NCBI GenBank assembly: GCA_038496445.1
Contig: JALMLS010000516.1
Location: 248,001 to 312,000, forward strand
Reading direction: 5' to 3'
From: Trichosphaerium sp. ATCC 40318
Lineage: Eukaryota > Protista > Tubulinea
Length of the DNA: 64,000 nucleotides
Positions within the stretch are counted from its first letter, which is position 1; each line of letters starts with the position of its first letter. The notes beneath the pieces were generated by a model. The model searched no databases. It saw nothing but the letters and a program-made list of their open reading frames with translations, and was not told where the DNA came from. Both the position numbers and the translations under genes were made by a program. Below are positions 51,914-62,801 of this stretch, in pieces.

Positions 51914-52219
51914 CACTAATTTTTTTTGAAATTGTTTAAAATAGCCTTCTAATGTACCATACCTCTAACCCCTTTGTGAAAAAATAAACTCCCTACTACT
52001 AAAACTGACATGTGTAACTTATTGACTACTATTGGGACAATGCGCAAAGCTACCTTCTGGGCTAGAAATGGCCTCGGAAAAGCAATCAAAACATAAACTT
52101 AAAGACAAATATGGACTACTTTTAGCCTGTCTGGAGGATAGTCAAATCCAGGCTAAAAACACAATTGACAATTCTATACTTCTTGCCTATCATGAGAACG
52201 TATTATTAAAAGGCAACCT

Positions 52220-53074
52220 TTATTTCAAAATGACTATTGAAAGAAATATAGAAGCCATACCACAATGAGAATATAGATTATAAACAATCAAATTATCATC
52301 TTTAGGAAGCTTCAGAAAATCAATGACATTGTCAATCTCATCTTGTTCTGCAACTTCAACACTTGCAATATTAACATCACCGTCATAACTGATACTGTTT
52401 TTTTTAATAAAAGAAATACCAATCAAAGGTCGAGTTTCTGTTATGCACTCACAGCAGTACTGATTTCCTTGCCATTTAATACAAGCCTCTCCACCATTAC
52501 ATAGAATACAATTTAATACATGCCACTTGCTTTCAAGGTCGTCTCTTTGGTCATCATTGCTTTTTTCTTCCTCTTCTTCTTTGGCTTCTTCAAGACAGTC
52601 TTCACATATTCCTTCTTCGCTATCTTCACGTGTTCTAACATTATACTCACACGTGGTACACAACATGGTTTCTGGGTACTTAATATCATCAACGTTTACA
52701 TGTTTGAGGCGATAAAGCAAGGGATCTACAAGTAAACTCCAAATGTCATGTTTTAATCGCGAATCTCCAGTTTCAATGAAAAGAAGTTTGTTTTGAAGCA
52801 AATGAGATACTATTTCTTGCTTTAGCATAAAACTGTCAGAATATATCTCTAATAGCGCTATTGACTTTATAAACTCTTCTTTAGCTATAGGTATTGCGTC
52901 TATAGTCGAGAACATGTCCTTGGATGTTAATTTTAAGTAAATGACGCTCTTTGCTTTGACGTAGAGCGTATTTCTTACTATCTCGCCTAACATGTCTTTA
53001 GATAGAGATAATAGCTTGTTTCCTGTGTTAATAAACAAATCATGGCCTGCCATTGCCTTCTTTGTAATGCTCAT
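52220..53074 (-). CDS. Intronless hypothetical protein with F-box-like start and CxxC pairs
   Basis: 284-aa ORF; LLSLSKDMLGEIV; CTTC...CEDC and CILC...CCEC possible Zn ligands. Confidence 0.6.
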   Translation of the reverse strand: MSITKKAMAGHDLFINTGNKLLSLSKDMLGEIVRNTLYVKAKSVIYLKLTSKDMFSTIDAIPIAKEEFIKSIALLEIYSDSFMLKQEIVSHLLQNKLLFIETGDSRLKHDIWSLLVDPLLYRLKHVNVDDIKYPETMLCTTCEYNVRTREDSEEGICEDCLEEAKEEEEEKSNDDQRDDLESKWHVLNCILCNGGEACIKWQGNQYCCECITETRPLIGISFIKKNSISYDGDVNIASVEVAEQDEIDNVIDFLKLPKDDNLIVYNLYSHCGMASIFLSIVILK

Positions 53075-53243
53075 GGCTGATCAACGAAAAAATAAAGAAA
53101 ACAAAATACACGTGCTTTGACCAAATGGGTTGTTTTTAGTACAAAATCTAAACGAATCTTTAACCAACTATTGCGTACAGTACAATACTCATTGTCATAA
53201 CGAGTCAAACTTATACTCATACAAGGTATTGTTTACTAAGTAT

Positions 53244-55258
53244 TCAGTTTACTCTTACATTGCGCGTTTCCGTATTTATGGCAGAACTACCAGCACGATG
53301 CAGTTTTGCTTGATAAAAGTATCCAGTACCACTTGTTGTACCGGACGGTACTCTAAAGCTAACAGACACAGTGCCTTGTGTATTTGCTGAAACAGATCGT
53401 CTAGGCGTTGACACTTGCCATTGATACCCTGGTGATCTGAAAAGAAGCACTTCTACCTCACTGCTCTGTGTTGCGCCATATGCAACATTAAAAGTATACG
53501 TTTGTCCCTTGTTGATTCTCATAGGTGGGTTTACAAGATTAACATTATTGGTAACTGGAGCTGAACATCCAGGAGCTTAAACAGAAGGGTAAGTTCAGGT
53601 TGTCAAGGGTTTTTTTTTAAATGTACCATATCTTGGTGGATTGTCATCAATCCATGGTACAAGAGGAGCTCCACCACAAGCCCCTTGTGCTCCGTTAGAG
53701 TTCTTTACAGTGTTGTATTTGTTTTGGTTCCAGGTTGAAGCATCAACTGCTCGTAGTGATGAGAATATCTGCCAAACGTCCCTTTGTATAAAAGTTAGAA
53801 GCGATCCTGTACAAAGATAACTGGACATACTTTCCCCAGTCGGTGTTGTCGTGAGTGCTGAAAGACGTTCCCCATTCTTGTTGAAATGCATGTGTAAAAG
53901 ATCCTCCTGGACCGTCTTGCGTACACAATGCATTAGCACTCCAATTAGTATCATCAACGATGTAAGCGCCATAGTGCTTGAGAGTCCATGCTAACATTCT
54001 TTGGAAAACCGAAAAAAGTCAGAAAGTACAGAAAAAAGAAGGAAACACTTCATGACTACTTACTTTCCTGGTTGGGTCCTATAATTTTGGTTATTGAGGT
54101 TCATCCACTTTGGGAGAGCAAGTAGAGATCCCATTAGAACATGTGGGCTTGATCCTCCATAAACTGATGGAGCATAAGAATCGGCTCTGTAAGCAGGCCT
54201 TGGAAAAAGAAGTGAGAATTACATTTGATACAATTAAATACTCCTACCAAGTGTATGAGTTCGTCCCTCTATTATATATAGCTTCAGCGGCATGCAAGTT
54301 AATCTTTAAAGCATGTCGAGGAGCTCCATCTTGACAACTCAACTCGCCAACTCTTAGAGTACCTGCAAGCCAAAAATTTAGTAACAGGGATATGGTACTT
54401 CGTACATACCTCCGATAGCTGATAAGCCTGAACCACCGTGAGCTCCAGGTCTTCCTTCTCCGTATAGATTCACATTTGGAAACTAGCGTATGGGTATTAG
54501 GTACGATATTGATTGCTGTCGACTTACTGTGTACTTTGCGGTTGGTTCACTGTTGGCTGTACATTTCGCAAAAGGTTGAACTTGTACAATAGTTTGACCA
54601 TCTCTAAGAAGGAAAGCAGCACCTGAGTTGGGCGTATAGCCTTGTCTTGCTGGTCCAGTAAAGTAGCTATTTGGTATTGGTATATTCGTCTTTATACTAC
54701 CTCCATGGACGTCGCATCTTGACCGACCAGACCAACCATCTTAAACAAACAGCTCAATTTAATAGAAAAAACAGGTCACAAACCGGCTACCAGGTTTTTT
54801 CGAAACGTAATAGTCACGTGCGCAAAAGTTAAAAAAGCGTAAATCACAAAATGTTACGTAGTGAAAATACAGCGAACTGCAGTTCGTGAATACACAAACA
54901 AGAGCGTGTTTTACGTACCGTTGTTGAGTTTAATATCTCGAAGCGGTGCGTTTTTATTCGTAAAAATCAAATCCTCATCGCTAGTCATTACTCTCTGGCG
55001 TGGCTTTGGGAGGTTTATGGATCGATAAGTACAATACGCTAGTTTCTATAAGTCGAAGAAGGAAAAAGCGAAAAACAGAATAAAAACTGCGAAAAGCGAA
55101 ATCTGCGAACAAACTTCTTGTCCTTCATACGTACACCCAATAGGTAGATTCCAAATGGAATTATCGGCAAAAGGTTGCTTCAAAAAATTACGTCCTGACG
55201 CATCTGGGAGTATTGCGAAAATGATGAAACATGTTACGAGCAACGCTTGTATTGACAT
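53244..55258 (-). CDS. Secreted protein resembling a bacterial uncharacterised family, with a C-terminal Ig-like domain
   Basis: Signal peptide; KQPFADNSIWNLPIG, TPNSGAAFL, GAHGGSGLSAIGGTLRVGEL, RHALKINL, LAWTLKHYGAYIVDD; about 8 introns. Confidence 0.7.
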
Positions 55259-55542
55259 AGTTATTTTTGTCAACTGCGCTAGTGAGCGTTTTACGATTAA
55301 GTCAATCCACGTGCTTTTTTGATGTTGGTAAAAATTATGCCGAAATGCAGTAATAAAGCGCTGTAGTAATGGGCACAACCAGTAGAGAAGACAAACCAGT
55401 GTTTTAAACGCCCGCTTGTTGAGTAAAGAGTTTAAACTGATTTTGGGTAGCAAAAACCAGATTGTGTTTTGCCCAAAAGTCCAGCGCTTTTTGTACCCCA
55501 CTTTGCCTACAATACCCCACGTGAACTACAAAGCGTCTAGCT

Positions 55543-56637
55543 ATGTTACAAAAGAGATTAAATGCCAAAAATAAAAGGTATGTGCATACTAGCGTATAAA
55601 ACCTATCGTCTAAGTGCAAAAACAGCTTTTTGGACCTTCCCACAGAGATTTTAGCTCATATCTTACGTCAAACAACGAAATCACGATTCGCAGCATGTCA
55701 AACGTGTCATCACCTTGCTTCTATTGTTCACGACATTGTCGGATACTATGAGGTTTATATTTCAAATATGTGGCAAGCTACAGCAATTCTAAGACATCCA
55801 AGTACCCTCCTACATACCAAAATCATTCTTAGTGCTAATCAGACACGTGATGCTATTGTCACAGCTTTTGCTGGTGTCCATCGTATTTATCTTGCGTATT
55901 GTGCATTCATAACAGATGAAGGGATAACAGCACTTGCTGGAGTGTATGATATTGATCTCAGTTTTACACACGTATCAGACCAAGGGCTAAAAGCACTTGC
56001 TGGTGTACATCAAATTAATATCTCTTCTACACGTGTAACGGATGAAGGGTTAAAAGCACTTGCTGGTGTACATCATATTAATCTCTCTGGTACATGTGTA
56101 ACAGATGAAGGGATAAGAGCACTCTCTGGTGTACATCATATTAACCTTACACGTTGTAGATGTATAACAGATGAAGGGATAAAAGCTCTTTCTGGTGTTC
56201 AGCACATTAATCTCAATAAAACATGTGTAACAGATGAAGGGGTAAAAGCACTTGCAGGTGTCCATCAAATTAATCTCTCTTGTACACGTGTAACAGATGA
56301 AGGGTTAAAAGCACTCTCAGGTGTACATCATATTGACCTTGCATATTGTAAACGCATAACAGATGAAGGGTTAAGAGCACTCTCTGGTGTCCATCATATT
56401 AATCTCACACATTGTAAACGCATAACAGATGAAGGTTTAAAGGCTCTTTCTGGTGCTTATGACATTAATCTCACTTGTACATGCATAACAGATGAAGGGT
56501 TAAAAGCACTTTCAAACGTTCATACTATCCATCTTTATGGTTGCACTGGAGTTACATATGAAGGACTAAAGGCTCTAACTAGTGTACAAGAAATTAATGC
56601 TTATAGCAATCTGCTACAAGGTTTGCGTAAAAAATAA
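55543..56637 (+). CDS. F-box / leucine-rich repeat protein
   Basis: MLQKRLNAKNK | intron ~55578-55625 | SFLDLPTEILAHILRQ, then ~10 LRRs (GVHHINLSxTxVTDEGLKALS). Confidence 0.85.
55870..56580 (+). repeat. ~72-75-nt coding tandem repeats (LRR units)
   Basis: Recurrent ...TAACAGATGAAGGG[TA]TAA[AG]AGCACT..CTGGTGT.CATCA.ATTAATCT... units. Confidence 0.9.
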
Positions 56638-59109
56638 ATTGTTTGTAATAGGATAAAACTAGAGGTGCCTTCTTAATTGTCCGGCCAAAGTTATTTTAAA
56701 ATATTGTACTTGCAACACTTTATCAGCTAAAGAATTGCATTTAAAGCCACCCTTCAATTTATAGCTGAGTGTAATTACAATCATTGTAAGCCTGAGCCTG
56801 TTGTTATATTAAACTCTTTCTGTAGTTGACAAATTGCATGAACACTTGTAGTTGTTTTCAGTTTTATTTAAATTTACATCTGTTTGAGAATATATTGGGA
56901 TTGAATGTTTTATAAACCAGTACGTATGAGTTTACCAAGGTTGACAAACTCAATTGGCTTTGATTTCTTCTTTATCAGACACATGACACGACCACATACA
57001 ACCCATGGAAAACTCAACACTGAAGTGCTCTTGCGATTATGAAGCTCACATTCACGGTATGCTGCATTGTAGAATGCGATAGCTCTATCCGATATCTTGA
57101 TAGTGTAACATGTCAGTTATATTGTACTCTTATTAACAGATGTGTGTTGGTACCGCTGATGCTATGGTTCGAATATCTTGTTCTCCCAAATCAGGGGCAG
57201 AGAGGTGTTCCCGAAATGGTTTCCAAAACTGCTTTTGTGCTGCTTTCTTTATGTAATAAAATCTCTAACGTTTGATACAAACGTTAGTATGAAATAAACA
57301 AATCGAATCTTATCTGTGTACCTTTACAACATGAGCACGCACGGACCAAAAGTTGTGTTTCAGAGGTGTATAGGCACCATGAGCATGTATGATATCACCA
57401 ACAATAATCTCTGCTTCATGTCGAATACCAAACTGCTTCATCATCCTTCTTATTTCTTGTAAATACCCTCTGAATGCTATTTGCGATGCTTCCGCCAGGG
57501 AAGGATCTATGTTGCCTTATGTACAGGTTTAGGAATAATCCTTAAAGCCATAATGGCTAGTACATACCGTTGAAGTCAGGGTCAAAACAATCAGCAACTT
57601 GCTTCTTTGTGTATTGTCTTGGGAGATCATACTTTTTCGCCTTTACTTGGTCATACAACTTACCTAGTACCTTTGTACTATCATAGTTTATTTTATCTTG
57701 CTTAGGCATGAAATGTGGATATTTTTCAGGTCGCAATTCAAAAGGCATTTTAGCTGGTATGCCGGTTTTTGGAAAGTCAACTGCGTCCGAGTGAAGCTTT
57801 GCAAGGCGAATACATGACTCATGATCCATTCCAAGCAAATCAGAGCGAGCAAGCTTAATAGACCTATTAATAAAGATGGCTTTCCACTGTGAAAACGCAC
57901 GTGCGCATTCGCAATGACACCCAAGTTTTCGTTCATTGCAAAATCAACAAAGAAGTCACAAATTCTATCAAATGAAACATATTCAGGTGCTGGTTTAGTG
58001 CTTTGATATGAGAATGCTTCAGGGTTTGGTGATCTAAACAACATTGGTAATTTGTAGTCCATTTGTAACTTTCAGTACGTTGGTACAAGGTTGGATCCGA
58101 AATAACAAGACATATCTCTACTGCATCCAAATAGAACGTGATACATATCACCATCAAGATCCGATCCTACAACATTTGAATGGAAGTTTTGAAGACTCAA
58201 TTAAGCGTACCACTACATTCACTTGGATGTGGACGCTTTCCTACAAACACTGTAAAATGTAAGCAATCAGTTTACTACTATACCTTTTGATGGGAAGACA
58301 ATACAATCTCTGTAGTGATCTAGTGCTTCAACTTTACCAATAGCAGTCAGTACTCTCATGTCACCAGGAGCCAGTGCTGGGTTTTTAGCAACAGCAATAT
58401 TTCCAGTGATGGCAACATACGATGGAACATCTGCATGTATATCTTTTGTAACATTTATGTACACTTGTCCATAGTCAAGAGTTCCAGTCTCGTCCATGAT
58501 ACCCATTAATAGGCGGCCTTCACTTGGCTGTATTGGAAGTCTAAGGCAAAATCAGTTTAGTACATTAAACATTACGTATACATACCTCGCCTTCTTCTTG
58601 AGGTCTCTGAGGAGCCTGTATCTCAATACTTTTAGTGTTGCATTCAAGAAAGCATCATTCACATCAAAGCCAGCCTCGAATGCTCTCTTACATATGAGAT
58701 ATTGTGTATTTTGTCCATTTAGAAGAGTGATTGCTTGCTCTCTGTCAACTAGAATACTATCCAAACTGTCAAGCAGTGACTGTTGTCTTTCGAGCAACAC
58801 CTAGAACATTGTCATCAACATTAGTTTAAGTGTTGTTCAGTGTTACCTCATCTTTAATTTCTCGAAAACTGAGTAAGTTTATGAGTTGTCTGTTGAGGTA
58901 CATCACATTAGGTTTTGTGTGGCTGCATACTTCAAAATGTCTGTTTTCACATTCAAACTTGTTCATGCTTGGTCTGATGGCGATTTCACAGTCTTTCATT
59001 TTAGGATCTAATGACACAACCCCTTTACAACCACCAAAGCGTATCTAGAATATCAAGTAAATTATGGTTAACATTGCTGTGGGTAATACCTGAAAAGCGG
59101 AAGGTACAT

Positions 59110-59981
59110 TTTTTTTTTTTAGAACAAGAGGCAGCGCGCTAGCGCCTACTTTATTACATATAGGGGGTTTACATGGAAGACGACTTACAGATTAACATGC
59201 GTGTACAGAAAGTTACAGGAGGACATCATGTCATGGAACAGAACCAATCGTACAGATGAAAATAAAACAATTTCTATTCTTTTGCACATTTTTTTTTTTA
59301 ACCAACCTTGTCGTCCGGCATATGCGTATGTTCTATTAATGGTCAGCAATTTGATTATGGTTCTGAGGTTAACGTTTTCATGGACAATTTGTTGCTATCC
59401 GTTTGATTACTGTATTGCTCAGGTGCATATAGAAATGGTCCAGCCCAGCTAAAAAAGAAATGTTCCTCATAGCAAAGCTATCTACACTTGTGGAAACATA
59501 TTCATTGCGCACGTGATTATACGAAAAGGAAAAAAAAAAAAAAAAAAAAAATTATTTCAAAAATCTGACCTTGCTATCTTCATTGACATCTAGTTTCATT
59601 ACCTGCTAATAATGTTTGAGTTACAAGCATGTTCAGTGGCCGTAAATGTAGAAATAGTGAGGTGTTCCTTTAGGAAGTTAGTTTATTGCTAAAAAGCGGT
59701 GAGAAAGGTAAAATCGAGTTAGTGTAGTTGATTTTAGCGTGTAAAAGCAGAATAGAGAATTAAATCAGATTACCAATGAAATACAAAAGAAAGGCCAGCA
59801 GTGTGACTAAAAGTACTTTAGCATGTCAAACAGAGCTATAGCATTAAACTGTGTGCGCAGGAGTGCTTTGGGCCCGTCATGGGCGTAAAGGGCTCTGGAG
59901 AGTGTAGAGATAACCTAAAGGTGTAAAATAAAAGATATGCTGAAGAGAAGCTGCATTCACCGCACAGTTAAGCCGGCCTCC
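59110..59981 (-). mobile_element. Non-coding poly(A) retroposon (SINE-like or 5'-truncated LINE)
   Basis: 17-bp TSD AAAAGCGGAAGGTACAT at 59093-59109 and 59982-59998; A11 tail on the minus strand; AATAAA and a GC hairpin upstream of the tail; single empty site in RdRP copy 1 at 38549-38565. Confidence 0.9.
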
Positions 59982-61061
59982 AAAAGCGGAAGGTACATGG
60001 CCTTCTCTGACATTTAGTTTGGCAGCCACTTTCTCAGCTGTTTTCATACTTATTTTACCTTTACAACAGTTGGTTAAGTAATTTTTGGTAAAAGATTTTT
60101 ACGCACCTATGCCATCAGAGAATACATATTCTGCTACTAGTTCTTCCAGTTTACCTGCAAAAACCTTCCGTCGGAATTCAGAAGGAGACATGGGCACTCG
60201 CTCAACTATTGTAATATCGTCAATGTACTTGACACCATCTTCAGATAGAACAATAGTATCATTGGTTCCTGAAAAGCACTGACCCATCCTAATATATTTC
60301 AAAAAAGAGGATAAGATGTGGTAGATGATTGAAACCTGTTTTTTGAAGAAGTAACGTTACACGTGATGTTCTTACCTTGCAGCATATTTTCCTACGATTT
60401 TAATATTCTCGAAATTACCCATTGCCTTTCTTATTTTGGCGGATGTTAATCCTCCAGTTGGTGCAAACATCCATAACGAACTTTCTCGAAGTTGCGAAGA
60501 AGAAAACGCTAAAAAGTCATAGTGTCTTCCACAAATATCCATCCCTGTTACGTGTTACTTGATGTCCTGGTACTTGTACTAGCACAAACCTTGTTTAAGG
60601 CATTCGCGAAAAGTAACGTCCATCTCATTATTATCTAATAAGGGTAAGCGTAAGTAATTAGGCTGTTTTCCGTACTGAGATCACGAGGATTTAGCTTGCC
60701 AAAATCATCTAAACACAGTAAGATAGGACAATTAACAACTATATACCATCAGCAAATGATACCCGAAGAAAGTAGTCTTCATGTTCTTTATATTGTCTCA
60801 ATATCCTATTTGACTGCTCCCACACTGGACCAACAAGATACGTTTTGAAGTGAGTAACAATCACTCTATAAAATACTAAATAAGTCTCAACATTTTTTTG
60901 TTCACTTATTTACCTGAATGTCAAGCACATATTAGGAACTTCTTCAGGAAACGGCTCAAACTCTTCCATCAACCATAAATCAAGCTCGTTTGTTGGATCA
61001 CTGTAACAACCTTCTTCCCGCCACATTTCCTCCAAAGCATTTAGCACGTGCTTTTCGTTAC

Positions 61062-61138
61062 TGTCGCGTACTAACCACTACGCTATACAAAACGTATTAA
61101 CACACTCACTCTGGAGTATGGTGGAACCTTATACGACA
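61062..61138 (-). repeat. 3' LTR of the TRIM
   Basis: Exact direct repeat of 61305-61381. Confidence 0.95.
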
Positions 61139-61273
61139 TACTCCCCTCCTTAAACAAGAGGTCGCCCTCGACCGTTCCGTGCCGGGGTCTCTTTGCTAAG
61201 TCAGGGAGAAGGTATTACCGCACAGTACAATCGTGCACACACCCGTAGGTATAATTCAAATCGGGCCGATCCG

Positions 61274-61328
61274 GGGATCGAACCCACAGCATCGTGTCGC
61301 CATATGTCGCGTACTAACCACTACGCTA
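61274..61328 (-). promoter_or_regulatory. tRNA-type Pol III internal promoter: A box in the LTR, B box in the internal region
   Basis: Minus strand: A box TAGCGTAGTGG (61328-61318) with D-arm GCGT/ACGC; B box GGTTCGATCCC (61284-61274); 33-nt spacing. Confidence 0.75.
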
Positions 61329-61381
61329 TACAAAACGTATTAACACACTCACTCTGGAGTATGGTGGAACCTTATACGACA
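61305..61381 (-). repeat. 5' LTR of the TRIM
   Basis: Exact direct repeat of 61062-61138; followed on the minus strand by TA and the PBS. Confidence 0.95.
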
Positions 61382-62801
61382 TTACCCCTAAGTAAAAATG
61401 AGGAGAACTTTTACAAAAAAGTCCATGCTTTTCGATTTCCTTGCGTATCATGGTTATGAATTTTTGATCAGTTGTCCTCAGGTTTACATTACCCCAAGAG
61501 TTTAGCTTCTGTATAGCAAATTGTACTCTAAAGGGAAGGTCATCAAATTTTACACGTGGCCAACTTTTAATAGGTTCAATAATTATTTTATGTTTGAGTT
61601 GCTGGACTCTGAGTTGTTTGCGTATTTTCTCCATGGTCTCACCAAATAACGCGCTTCTTGAGCCATTCGCGATATTGCCATCTGTACTTCCAGACAAGGT
61701 TGCCTTAAAACAATAAACTAGCTCACCACTCAGAACCTTGCCGAACTTTTTCTTGAAATAGGTTGCTCCAAATCTAGCTTCTTCTCCAACTGATCAGAAT
61801 TTGCTTCTTTTTCTCCAATGAATTTTGGAGGGTGCTTCACATGTAGAAGTATATTGAATGCGTAACGTGACACTTCGTAAAATTCTACAAGATATGCTTG
61901 AGCGTATCCTATTTCGCACGTGATTTTCATTGTTTTGTTTTTGTAGCTGATATTTGACTTCAAAAACTGTAGAATACTGTTCGATTTGTTCTGGATTTCT
62001 CCACTCCATAGCTCAAAATCAGGGGAATAACTTCCGCTCTTCGTCATACTACCAATGTAAAACGACGTTACAGAGAATACTAGACTCTTTTTGTTTCTTC
62101 CAGCGTCCGCTATGGCGATTGGTTTGTAGTTCTTGGCTTTATTGGAACGCTTAAAATATATCTTGACAATTTGTTAGCGTAATCAATAGAGATCATAGCA
62201 ACGCACCTCACGTCCCATGAAAGATGCTCTTCCCAGAAGCACCAATAAGTGGCTATTTTTTATAGTAGCGAAGGCGAAGCACTTTCTCCTGAGCGGAGAA
62301 ATTATCAGAAAATGCTCTCAGAGATAGTTTTGGAAAGTGTAGGTACTTGCGTTTAAAAACGCTGGAGAATTCCAGAAAAATTATGTAACGTACCCTTTCA
62401 TAATCTTTTTCACTTTAACTACTGTTACGCCTTTGGTTTCTAAAAACGTCTTTAACGACGCGGGCGTCGCCTGTTTAAGGGGGTAAGAACGCAATGTACT
62501 AAACTTTGAGTACGTTATAAGGCACGTTACCAATGTAAACTTCAAAAGCTTCCATTTGATGAACCCTAATATGTAACGTATTTTAATGCTTAGAAAGAAC
62601 GAGTGGCTTTGCGAACTGCCTTTTACACAAGGAGTCAACTCCAGTAAACTGCATGACATTAATGCACGTGCGAGATAGTTATTGTAGGTTTTACCACGTG
62701 ATAAAAATGGTTGCTTGTGTATAGCTTGTAGATTGATAGTTAATCCGTAACTCTTTATTTACAATCAAACTAGTTGGTTCTTCACTTAGATATTTTAAAT
62801 A

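Larger units (their letters stand above)
61062..61381 (-). mobile_element. TRIM (miniature non-autonomous LTR retrotransposon), 320 bp
   Basis: Identical 77-bp LTRs with TGTCG...CGACA ends; 4-bp TSD TTAC (61058-61061, 61382-61385); minus-strand PBS TGGCGACACGAT 2 nt after the 5' LTR; PPT AGGAGGGGAG 2 nt before the 3' LTR. Confidence 0.95.
56910..62555 (-). pseudogene. RNA-dependent RNA polymerase copy 2 (inverted paralogue), disrupted
   Basis: Same exon structure and DLDGD motif (~58145-58165) as copy 1, but with a frameshift near 61790 and exonic insertions at 59110-59981 and 61062-61381. Confidence 0.85.

Noticed and set aside
59201-59452. 83-aa ORF inside the retroposon as an RT or transposase fragment
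   Set aside because: Antisense to the poly(A) orientation, GTG start, and no RT or endonuclease motifs.
61262-61336. Functional tRNA gene on the minus strand
   Set aside because: D and T arms are present, but the acceptor halves (TTTTGTA / ATCGGCC) do not pair and there is no anticodon stem; treated as a promoter mimic inside the TRIM.
61062-61381. CRISPR-like array or simple tandem duplication
   Set aside because: Only two 77-bp repeats, with TG..CA ends, PBS, PPT and TSD, in a eukaryote: an LTR element.
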